Source of the DNA: Vibrio vulnificus CMCP6 | GTDB lineage: Bacteria; Pseudomonadota; Gammaproteobacteria; Enterobacterales; Vibrionaceae | Length of the DNA stretch: 32,000 nt | Reading direction: 5' to 3' | NCBI RefSeq assembly: GCF_000039765.1 | Contig: NC_004459.3 | Coordinates: forward strand, 960,001-992,000 | Shown here: piece by piece, positions 23,284 through 32,000 of the stretch | Numbering within the stretch: position 1 is the stretch's first letter | How the letters are laid out: every line of letters begins with the position of its first letter | Notes under the pieces: model-generated | Told to the model about the DNA's origin: nothing | The model's input: the letters and a program-made list of their open reading frames with translations, nothing else | Database searches by the model: none | Made by a program: the position numbers and the translations under genes

Positions 23284-25455
23284 ATGATTTACCAAGCCGA
23301 AACCCTACAGGTAAAGGAAGTACAAGATGGAGTGGCAGAAATCCTTTTCTGCGCGCCAAATTCCGTCAATAAGCTCGATCTAGCAACCCTTGCTTCACTC
23401 GACAAAGCGCTTGATGCGCTCACCGCTCACTCCGGTCTGAAAGGCGTAATGCTTACATCAGACAAAGAAGCCTTTATTGTCGGAGCAGATATCACTGAGT
23501 TTTTAGGACTGTTTGCCAAGCCAGAAGAAGAGCTCGACCAATGGCTTCAATTTGCCAATAGCATCTTCAATAAATTGGAAGATTTGCCCGTTCCGACTGT
23601 CGCGGTTGTCAAAGGGCATACCTTAGGCGGTGGATGTGAGTGTGTACTTGCTACCGATTTACGCATTGGTGATAAAACCACCAGCATTGGTCTTCCTGAA
23701 ACCAAACTCGGCATTATGCCTGGCTTTGGCGGTTGTGTGCGTTTGCCGCGCGTGATCGGCGCAGACAGCGCCATGGAAATCATCACTCAAGGCAAAGCTT
23801 GCCGTGCAGAGGAAGCTCTAAAAATTGGTTTGCTTGATGCTGTCGTCGATTCCGATCGCCTCTACGCATCCGCCCTGCAAACACTCACCGATGCCATCAA
23901 TGAAAAAATTGACTGGAAAGCACGTCGCCAGCAAAAAACCTCAGCGTTAACGCTAAGCAAACTCGAAGCGATGATGAGTTTCACCATGGCCAAAGGCTTG
24001 GTGGCTCAAGTAGCAGGGCCCCACTACCCTGCACCAATGACCGCCGTTGTCACGATTGAAGAAGGTGCCCGTTTTGCACGCAATCAAGCGTTAGACATCG
24101 AAAGAAAACATTTCGTTAAACTGGCGAAGTCAGAAGAAGCCAAGGCCTTGGTGGGTCTTTTCCTCAATGACCAATACATCAAAGGCATCGCGAAGAAAGC
24201 AGCAAAATCCGCCAATAAAGAGACCCAACGTGCAGCAGTGCTGGGCGCAGGTATTATGGGGGGCGGCATAGCCTACCAATCTGCTCTCAAAGGTGTGCCC
24301 GTGATCATGAAAGACATCGCCCAAGCATCACTGGATCTGGGCATGACGGAAGCGTCAAAGCTACTCAATAAACAGCTTGAACGTGGCAAGATTGATGGCT
24401 TTAAAATGGCCGGCATTCTCGCTTCTATTACACCAAGCCTTCACTACGCGGGCATCGATAACGCCGATATCATTGTTGAAGCCGTGGTCGAAAACCCGAA
24501 AGTGAAAGCAGCCGTGTTAAGTGAAGTGGAAGAGCAAGTGAGCGAAGAGACCGTTCTCACCTCGAACACCTCGACCATTCCAATTAACTTGCTGGCCAAA
24601 TCACTCAAACGACCAGAGAACTTCTGTGGTATGCACTTCTTCAACCCAGTGCATCGCATGCCTTTAGTCGAAATCATTCGTGGCGAACACACCTCCGATG
24701 AAACCATCAACCGTGTCGTTGCTTACGCAGCCAAAATGGGCAAATCCCCAATAGTGGTCAATGACTGCCCAGGGTTCTTTGTGAACCGCGTGCTGTTCCC
24801 ATACTTTGGCGGTTTTAGCATGTTGCTGCGCGATGGTGCCGACTTCACTCAAATCGATAAAGTGATGGAACGTAAATTCGGTTGGCCAATGGGCCCTGCT
24901 TACTTATTGGATGTGGTCGGTATTGATACCGCACACCACGCTCAAGCCGTCATGGCGCAAGGGTTCCCTGAGCGCATGGGTAAACAAGGTCGCGATGCGA
25001 TTGATGCCTTGTTTGAAGCCAACAAGTATGGCCAGAAAAACGGCAGCGGTTTCTACACGTACACCATGGACAAGAAAGGCAAACCGAAGAAAGCATTCAG
25101 TGATGAGATCGTACCGATTCTTGCTCCTGTTTGTGCCGCTCAACAAGCCTTTGATGATCAAACCATTATCCAACGCATGATGATTCCGATGATCAACGAA
25201 GTGGTGCTTTGCTTGCAAGAAGGCATCATCGCCTCAGCGCAAGAAGCGGATATGGCGCTGGTGTATGGCCTTGGTTTCCCTCCTTTCCGTGGTGGTGTAT
25301 TCCGCTACTTAGATAGTGTTGGTATTGCAAACTTTGTCGCAATGGCACAGCAGCATGTTGAACTTGGCGCTATGTATCAGGTTCCACAAATGCTTATTGA
25401 TATGGCTGAAAAAGGGCAAACCTTTTACGGCGCGCAACAGCAAGGTTCTATCTAA
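23284..25455 (+). CDS. fadB: fatty acid oxidation complex alpha subunit FadB
   Basis: Enoyl-CoA hydratase domain ([30 protein letters not shown]) plus 3-hydroxyacyl-CoA dehydrogenase domain ([33 protein letters not shown]); 723 aa. Confidence 0.97.
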   Translation: MIYQAETLQVKEVQDGVAEILFCAPNSVNKLDLATLASLDKALDALTAHSGLKGVMLTSDKEAFIVGADITEFLGLFAKPEEELDQWLQFANSIFNKLEDLPVPTVAVVKGHTLGGGCECVLATDLRIGDKTTSIGLPETKLGIMPGFGGCVRLPRVIGADSAMEIITQGKACRAEEALKIGLLDAVVDSDRLYASALQTLTDAINEKIDWKARRQQKTSALTLSKLEAMMSFTMAKGLVAQVAGPHYPAPMTAVVTIEEGARFARNQALDIERKHFVKLAKSEEAKALVGLFLNDQYIKGIAKKAAKSANKETQRAAVLGAGIMGGGIAYQSALKGVPVIMKDIAQASLDLGMTEASKLLNKQLERGKIDGFKMAGILASITPSLHYAGIDNADIIVEAVVENPKVKAAVLSEVEEQVSEETVLTSNTSTIPINLLAKSLKRPENFCGMHFFNPVHRMPLVEIIRGEHTSDETINRVVAYAAKMGKSPIVVNDCPGFFVNRVLFPYFGGFSMLLRDGADFTQIDKVMERKFGWPMGPAYLLDVVGIDTAHHAQAVMAQGFPERMGKQGRDAIDALFEANKYGQKNGSGFYTYTMDKKGKPKKAFSDEIVPILAPVCAAQQAFDDQTIIQRMMIPMINEVVLCLQEGIIASAQEADMALVYGLGFPPFRGGVFRYLDSVGIANFVAMAQQHVELGAMYQVPQMLIDMAEKGQTFYGAQQQGSI

Positions 25456-26631
<1,176 letters not shown>

Positions 26632-26656
26632 CCTTGTCGGTTAAACGCCTTCACTC

Positions 26657-26686
26657 ACTAAGAGCGGCTTGAGCCGCTCTTAGTTT
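26657..26686 (+). terminator. terminator-like hairpin after fadA
   Basis: ACTAAGAGCGGC-TTGA-GCCGCTCTTAGT followed by TT; perfect 12-bp stem. Confidence 0.75.
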
Positions 26687-26791
26687 ATGCACAGAACGCA
26701 TTGCTATAATGCTAAAGTTTCATTTTATTCATAGTTCACTTGCGCCTACACTTATCCCGTTTGACCTATCTGCAATCGCTGGAGAAATCTC

Positions 26792-27772
26792 ATGTTTCAC
26801 GCTTTAGTTCTTAATCAGGAAGAAAAACGCACCATCGCCACTATTGAACAAATGGATGAGTCTCAGCTACCCGAAGGCAACGTGCTGGTGGCCGTTGACT
26901 ATTCATCTCTCAACTTTAAAGATGGCTTAGCGATCACGGGGAAAGGCAAAATCATCCGCAACTTTCCGATGATTCCAGGTATCGACTTAGCAGGTACTGT
27001 CATTGAATCACAAGACGGGCGCTACCAAGCAGGGGATCAGGTTGTGCTCACGGGTTGGGGTGTCGGCGAAAATCATTGGGGCGGAATGGCGCAGCGTGCG
27101 CGTCTTAACGCTGATTGGTTAGTGCCGCTACCAACAGGAATCGACAGCAAAAAAGCAATGATGATTGGTACTGCGGGTTTCACCGCCATGCTGTGTGTCC
27201 AAGCACTGCTCGATGCTGATATCAAACCAGAAGCGGGAGAAATCCTTGTCACCGGCGCAAGTGGCGGTGTCGGCTCTGTGGCCGTGACACTCTTGGCTCA
27301 ACTCGGTTACCAAGTGGCAGCGGTGACTGGTCGTGTTGAAAAAAACGGCCCACTACTCAAACAACTTGGCGCCAGCCGCATTATTGATCGGGTTGAATTT
27401 GAAGAGCCCGCTCGCCCACTAGAAAAACAAATTTGGGCTGGCGCAATCGACACCGTTGGCAGCAAAGTACTGGCAAAAGTGCTAGCGCAAATGGACTACA
27501 ACAGTGCGGTCGCTGCATGTGGCCTCGCGGGCGGCTTTGATCTGCCAACCACCGTCATGCCGTTCATTCTACGTAACGTTCGCCTACAAGGTATCGACTC
27601 AGTAATGTGCCCAACAGAAAAACGCATCGCAGCGTGGGAAAAACTGGTAGCGCTACTGCCAGAAAGCTACTTTGAACAAGCGTGTACCGAAGTTGAACTC
27701 AGAGAAGCGGCAAAATACGCGGAAGACATCACCAATGGCCAAGTGACCGGTCGCGTGGTCATCAAGCTGTAG
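26792..27772 (+). CDS. MDR-family NADPH oxidoreductase (YhdH/AcuI-type acrylyl-CoA reductase)
   Basis: VDYSSLNFKDGLAITGKGKIIRNFPMIPGIDLAGTV, VTGASGGVGSVAVTLLAQLGYQV; 326 aa. Confidence 0.9.
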   Translation: MFHALVLNQEEKRTIATIEQMDESQLPEGNVLVAVDYSSLNFKDGLAITGKGKIIRNFPMIPGIDLAGTVIESQDGRYQAGDQVVLTGWGVGENHWGGMAQRARLNADWLVPLPTGIDSKKAMMIGTAGFTAMLCVQALLDADIKPEAGEILVTGASGGVGSVAVTLLAQLGYQVAAVTGRVEKNGPLLKQLGASRIIDRVEFEEPARPLEKQIWAGAIDTVGSKVLAKVLAQMDYNSAVAACGLAGGFDLPTTVMPFILRNVRLQGIDSVMCPTEKRIAAWEKLVALLPESYFEQACTEVELREAAKYAEDITNGQVTGRVVIKL

Positions 27773-27792
27773 ATCTTGCCGTACAAATAGCG

Positions 27793-27821
27793 AAAAAAAG
27801 CCGAGTCACACTCGGCTTTTT
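27793..27821. terminator. bidirectional Rho-independent terminator
   Basis: AAAAAAAGCCGAGT-CAC-ACTCGGCTTTTT between convergent genes. Confidence 0.92.
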
Positions 27822-27843
27822 GCTGTTCTTTCGCCCGCTTGCG

Positions 27844-28809
27844 TTAATCGAGCCCCATATCTTCAATACGTTTGGCAATCAGCCGACTGCACTCTTCACG
27901 CACGACGGAGCGCAACCATTCTTGAGCCGGAGAATGTTCACATCGCGGATGCCAAATCATCGAGTAATCAAACGGGGTAAACTGAAACGGCAACGCTTTC
28001 ACCACCAAATCGTAACGCTCAGCGACCAAGTAGGCTAAATCGGCGGGGACGGTAATGATCAATGGCATGGTGTCCACTATCGCCAGTGCCGCTTCAAGAT
28101 GATAGGCACGCAGCACCATCTTACGTTGCGGTTGGTCGACTAACGCCTGCTCGATCAGCGCTTTCACACCATCACTGATGGCAATCATGGCATGGGGATA
28201 ATACAGATAATCTGCCAGGCTCATCTCTTTTCCCGCGAGCGGATGCTGTTTGGAAAGCAAACACAGCACCCCCACTCGGCCCAAGACTTCGCTACGCAGC
28301 GGTTCAACCGGACCTGTGGGACGGCAAATCGCCAGATCAGCCCCTTCATACGTCAACTGATCCGCCAAGCGATCGTGTTGCAAAGGAAGAAAATGAAACG
28401 ACACATTGGGCGCTTCTTGGTAGATCCTCGGCAGAGCAAACGGCAAGATCGTCTGCATCGCGTAATCAGTGGTGGCGATGGTAAACGTTTGAGTGCAGAG
28501 ATGAGGATCAAACTCAGATGGAGAGAGCAATTGACGTAACGATTCCAGTGGCTCGCCGAGAGCCCGATCGATCTCCAAGGCTTTTTCAGTCGGCAATAAA
28601 TGCTGCCCTTCACGCGTAAACAGCGGGTCGCCAAGCAAATCGCGCAAGCGCCCCAACACTCGACTCATCGCAGATTGACTGAGATTCAAACGCACTGCGG
28701 CTTTGCTGACACTGCTTTCTTCAATTAACACTCGCAGCGCCACCAGCAAATTCAGATCTCGACGGTAAATCTCTTCCAACTCCACGTTGAAGCTCCTATC
28801 CACGCCCAT
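27844..28809 (-). CDS. LysR family transcriptional regulator
   Basis: RRDLNLLVALRVLIEESSVSKAAVRLNLSQSAMSRVLGRLRDLLGDPLF. Start placed at internal Met (28809); the ORF track extends to 28869 into a terminator hairpin. Confidence 0.88.
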   Translation of the reverse strand: MGVDRSFNVELEEIYRRDLNLLVALRVLIEESSVSKAAVRLNLSQSAMSRVLGRLRDLLGDPLFTREGQHLLPTEKALEIDRALGEPLESLRQLLSPSEFDPHLCTQTFTIATTDYAMQTILPFALPRIYQEAPNVSFHFLPLQHDRLADQLTYEGADLAICRPTGPVEPLRSEVLGRVGVLCLLSKQHPLAGKEMSLADYLYYPHAMIAISDGVKALIEQALVDQPQRKMVLRAYHLEAALAIVDTMPLIITVPADLAYLVAERYDLVVKALPFQFTPFDYSMIWHPRCEHSPAQEWLRSVVREECSRLIAKRIEDMGLD

Positions 28810-28835
28810 GTTTATGGCAATTGTACTCTTCAGGC

Positions 28836-28861
28836 AAAAAAAATCCCGCCTTTCAGCGGGG
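28836..28861 (-). terminator. Rho-independent terminator downstream of the small membrane protein gene at 28938
   Basis: Minus strand CCCCGCTGAAAGGCGGGATTTTTTTT. Confidence 0.85.
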
Positions 28862-28937
28862 AAGCCCAAGAAAAATGGGGATAGTGTCGGAATGAAGTGT
28901 CGTTAAATTGGTGAGCGTAGGTTTGTTAACAAAAGCG

Positions 28938-29123
28938 CTAATTCTCTTGTTCTTCAGATGCACCGGACCATCGATGCATCTCAATCCAAATCCCGATGAT
29001 GGTTGCGCTCATACCTAAAATAGGCATCAATGAGGTTTCTGCTGGCGTTCTGAACACGAGTGCACAAAACGAGATGAAGCACAAAACCGAATAAATGGTC
29101 AATCTATCTAATGCTGTTAGCAT
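28938..29123 (-). CDS. small two-TM membrane protein, hypothetical
   Basis: 61 aa MLTALDRLTIYSVLCFISFCALVFRTPAETSLMPILGMSATIIGIWIEMHRWSGASEEQEN; two hydrophobic segments, with its own downstream terminator. Confidence 0.7.
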   Translation of the reverse strand: MLTALDRLTIYSVLCFISFCALVFRTPAETSLMPILGMSATIIGIWIEMHRWSGASEEQEN

Positions 29124-29254
29124 CGCTCCCTCCGCCAGTTGTTACCAAATTGTTAACTAAAGTTAAAACAAAATGATCGCTTTGCCAAGTGGTTATTGAA
29201 TATTTTTTCTACGAAAGTAGAATTCACCGCTAAGTAAGTTAAGAGAATCACATT

Positions 29255-29500
29255 ATGAGCTTTAATCCTGAACTGGCGACCAAGACCTTAGAGGCGGAAG
29301 GACTACGCTGCCCAGAGCCAGTAATGATGGTCAGGAAGACAATTCGAACCATGCAAGACGGTGAGGTTTTACTGGTAAAAGCGGATGATCCATCCACCAC
29401 CAGAGACATTCCAAGCTTTTGTCGCTTTATGGATCACCAACTCATTGCGGCACAAACCGACGAGCTACCCTATCAGTATCTGATTAAAAAAGGCTTATAA
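29255..29500 (+). CDS. tusA: sulfurtransferase TusA
   Basis: 81 aa with the TusA/SirA motif [32 protein letters not shown]. Confidence 0.96.
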
Positions 29501-29507
29501 CGCGAGA

Positions 29508-29543
29508 TAAAAAAACGGCAGCCACACGGCTGCCGTTTCTTTA
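29508..29543. terminator. bidirectional terminator between tusA and the 86-aa ORF
   Basis: AAAAAAACGGCAGCC-ACAC-GGCTGCCGTTTCTTT between convergent genes. Confidence 0.88.
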
Positions 29544-29801
29544 TTGGTCGTATTCGATAGTGCGAATTTCCGATTGCAGTTTATTCAACTGCTTTTTCAT
29601 CGATCGCATCTCTTCATGCATTGGAATGATGTGTGCGACTCGAATCCACGCTTCAACAGTCAATCCTGTCAAAATAAAGGATCCCGCCACAATTGGTAGC
29701 CACATATCTGTTAAAACCATTGCCAACAAACAGAGCGCCAAACCAAAAGTGAATAAATAACTCTGACTTTTTGGGGTCATCCCCATGTAACGTGTAAGCA
29801 T
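29541..29801 (-). CDS. small membrane protein, hypothetical
   Basis: 86 aa; two hydrophobic segments then a charged, probably coiled-coil C-terminus (MHEEMRSMKKQLNKLQSEIRTIEYDQ). Confidence 0.75.
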   Translation of the reverse strand: MLTRYMGMTPKSQSYLFTFGLALCLLAMVLTDMWLPIVAGSFILTGLTVEAWIRVAHIIPMHEEMRSMKKQLNKLQSEIRTIEYDQ

Positions 29802-29960
29802 AAACTAGCCCTCTCGCTATCATTCACAAGAATAAGGTAGCATGACAATCATGACACGGATATGTCCGAGGTCACGCTACTGCAAGATGGCTCTGACAAT
29901 CAGATAATAGACTGTTATTTAACTGATATTTATCTCTATTTTCTCGCTAGGCATCGCGCT

Positions 29961-30515
29961 TTAAAATAAAGCTGCACCAGCCGCTAACGCGACAAATAGA
30001 GCTGCTGTGACTTTGCGGATTAACGCCAGTGGCAGTTTATCCGCAGACAGTTTACCAATCAGCACCACAGGGGCATTGGCCAGCAACATACCAATGGTGG
30101 TTCCTAACACAACCCAAGTCAGTGCATCGGCATACTGCGCGCCGAGAATGGACGTCGCGATTTGGGTTTTATCCCCCACTTCAGCAATAAAGAAAGCGAT
30201 GAAACTGGCCACAAAAGGACCTCGGTTTGAGATCTCTTCTTCGTCATCCAACTTATCGGGAATCAACACCCATCCCGCCATGGCTAAGAAACTGGCCACC
30301 ACCACCCACTTCAACACGTCGGGAGAAAGATAATCGGCAACAACGACACCCAGCCAAGCAGCCAAGGCATGGTTGGCAATCGTAGCGAAAAAGATCGCAG
30401 CAATGATTGGGATTGGTTTGCGGTAACGGCTGGCTAACAGCAGAGACAACAATTGGGTTTTATCGCCAATTTCGGCTAAGGCGACAGTAGTAATTGAAAT
30501 AGCTAAAACGCTCAC
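29961..30515 (-). CDS. mneA: GDT1/TMEM165 (UPF0016) family transporter, probable Mn2+ exporter
   Basis: Two copies of the family motif: ALAEIGDKTQLLSLLLA and FFIAEVGDKTQIATSILGA. Preceded by a Mn riboswitch; GTG start. The mneA symbol is assigned by family analogy to the V. cholerae exporter. Confidence 0.88.
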   Translation of the reverse strand: MSVLAISITTVALAEIGDKTQLLSLLLASRYRKPIPIIAAIFFATIANHALAAWLGVVVADYLSPDVLKWVVVASFLAMAGWVLIPDKLDDEEEISNRGPFVASFIAFFIAEVGDKTQIATSILGAQYADALTWVVLGTTIGMLLANAPVVLIGKLSADKLPLALIRKVTAALFVALAAGAALF

Positions 30516-30587
30516 GACATGCTCATTGGGGCGGGATAATTATAGTAACCATAGACAAACCCCACGCCCCACCCCGGTTCGTGTTGT

Positions 30588-30720
30588 TTGTCTAAGGTCT
30601 TGCTAAACTTGAAAGGCTTCAAGTCTCGAACGCCATGGTGATTTGGCACCAATTATGTTGACGGACGAACTCGATGAAAATGGCTTTTCATCCAGTAAGC
30701 TACTCCCCAAAGACAGGCGC
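30588..30720 (-). promoter_or_regulatory. yybP-ykoY family (Mn2+) riboswitch
   Basis: The minus strand reads CTGTCTTTGGGGAGTAGCTTACTGG...GTTCGTCCGTCAACATAATTGGTGCCAAATCACCATGGC...AAGTTTAGCAAGACC. It has the conserved GGGGAGUAGC and CGUCAACAU...GCAAGACC-type elements and lies upstream of a GDT1-family gene. Confidence 0.88.
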
Positions 30721-30995
30721 AATTCTAGCCAGCTTACGGCAACATCTCAAGTGTGAAATCCGTCAAAAACTCCCTTTTAGGAAAAATTCAGCCGATAACG
30801 CGGTAAAAATCCATTAAACGAGAAAATTGCCCACGAATTAATCAAGATTAGCTCTACTCCCATGCTGAATATCTGGGTATACTTGATCGTTATTTTATTC
30901 AACCGTCATTACCTTCATTCACCCCTGTTGGCAGCAGAAAACCCAACAAATTCGATGAATGAATCCGTAATAAGAGAATCGCGCGAACCTGACTT

Positions 30996-31913
30996 ATGCA
31001 AAAATACGATATCAAAACCTTCCAGGGAATGATCCTCGCGCTGCAGGATTATTGGGCTCAAAATGGTTGTACCATTGTTCAACCGCTGGATATGGAAGTG
31101 GGTGCGGGTACCTCTCACCCAATGACTTGTCTACGAGCGCTTGGCCCAGAGCCAATGTCGACAGCTTACGTACAACCTTCTCGTCGTCCGACCGATGGCC
31201 GTTACGGTGAAAACCCTAACCGTCTACAGCACTACTACCAATTCCAAGTTGCGCTAAAACCGTCGCCAGACAATATTCAAGAGTTGTACCTAGGCTCTCT
31301 AGAAGTTCTTGGTATTGACCCACTGGTTCACGACATTCGCTTCGTGGAAGACAACTGGGAAAACCCAACGCTAGGCGCTTGGGGTTTAGGCTGGGAAGTT
31401 TGGCTAAACGGTATGGAAGTGACTCAGTTTACTTACTTCCAACAAGTCGGCGGCCTTGAGTGTAAACCGGTTACTGGTGAGATCACTTACGGTATCGAAC
31501 GTCTTGCGATGTACATCCAAGAAGTTGACTCGGTTTACGATCTGACTTGGAACATCGCACCTGATGGCAGCAAAGTGACTTACGGTGATATCTTCCACCA
31601 AAACGAAGTAGAACAATCAACTTACAACTTCGAGCACGCTGATGTGGATTTCCTGTTCAGCTTCTTCGAACAATGTGAGAAAGAGTGTCAACAACTGCTT
31701 GAGCTAGAAAAACCACTCCCTCTACCTGCCTACGAGCGCATTCTAAAAGCGGCTCACGCGTTCAACCTACTCGATGCTCGCAAAGCGATCTCAGTAACTG
31801 AACGTCAACGCTACATCCTGCGCATCCGTAACCTGACTAAATCAGTGGCAGAAGCATACTACGCATCACGCGAAGCACTTGGCTTCCCAATGTGTAAGAA
31901 AGAACAAGCGTAA
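30996..31913 (+). CDS. glyQ: glycine--tRNA ligase alpha subunit
   Basis: [46 protein letters not shown]...[29 protein letters not shown]; 305 aa. Confidence 0.98.
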   Translation: MQKYDIKTFQGMILALQDYWAQNGCTIVQPLDMEVGAGTSHPMTCLRALGPEPMSTAYVQPSRRPTDGRYGENPNRLQHYYQFQVALKPSPDNIQELYLGSLEVLGIDPLVHDIRFVEDNWENPTLGAWGLGWEVWLNGMEVTQFTYFQQVGGLECKPVTGEITYGIERLAMYIQEVDSVYDLTWNIAPDGSKVTYGDIFHQNEVEQSTYNFEHADVDFLFSFFEQCEKECQQLLELEKPLPLPAYERILKAAHAFNLLDARKAISVTERQRYILRIRNLTKSVAEAYYASREALGFPMCKKEQA

Positions 31914-31926
31914 GAGGTAGAGTAAC

Positions 31927-32000
31927 ATGGCAAAAGAATTTTTAATCGAGCTAGGTACTGAAGAACTGCCACCAACGCAACTTCGTACTCTGGCTGAAGC
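31927..32000 (+). CDS. glyS: glycine--tRNA ligase beta subunit, N-terminal fragment
   Basis: MAKEFLIELGTEELPPTQLRTLAE, starting 13 bp after glyQ and running off the right edge. Confidence 0.96.
   Translation, partial: MAKEFLIELGTEELPPTQLRTLAE

Noticed and set aside
28192-28539. 115-aa plus-strand ORF inside the second LysR gene, plus 28353..28634
   Set aside because: Overlapping frames within a clear LysR regulator; no independent support.
30915-31118. Minus-strand ORF over the glyQ start
   Set aside because: Antisense to the conserved N-terminus of glyQ and lacking any recognisable domain.

Overview
This window looks like an ordinary, mostly housekeeping stretch of a Vibrio (Vibrionaceae) chromosome. 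Genus is inferred from protein style and rRNA/tRNA content; species is not determined. From left to right it contains:
- a Bcr/CflA-type MFS transporter divergent from a LysR regulator
- an M24 aminopeptidase P
- a complete minus-strand thiCEFSGH thiamine operon with a TPP riboswitch and a candidate promoter
- crcB
- a Tat-type multicopper oxidase
- a compact IS630-family element with ORFA/ORFB split at an A8 run, sitting immediately downstream of an rRNA operon
- a full minus-strand rrn operon (16S, tRNA-Ile, tRNA-Ala, 23S, 5S, tRNA-Asp) with two recognisable promoters and two boxA sites
- hemG, trkH and yigZ
- fadBA with a FadR-like operator
- a YhdH/AcuI-type oxidoreductase, a second LysR regulator and tusA flanked by two small membrane proteins
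- a GDT1/TMEM165-family gene behind a yybP-ykoY (Mn2+) riboswitch
- glyQ and the start of glyS

I found no convincing undescribed defence, mobile or biosynthetic system. The most worthwhile observations are the IS630 insertion between duplicated rrn terminators, the Mn riboswitch/GDT1 leader architecture, the N-terminally extended ThiE, and a structured leader upstream of the aminopeptidase gene.
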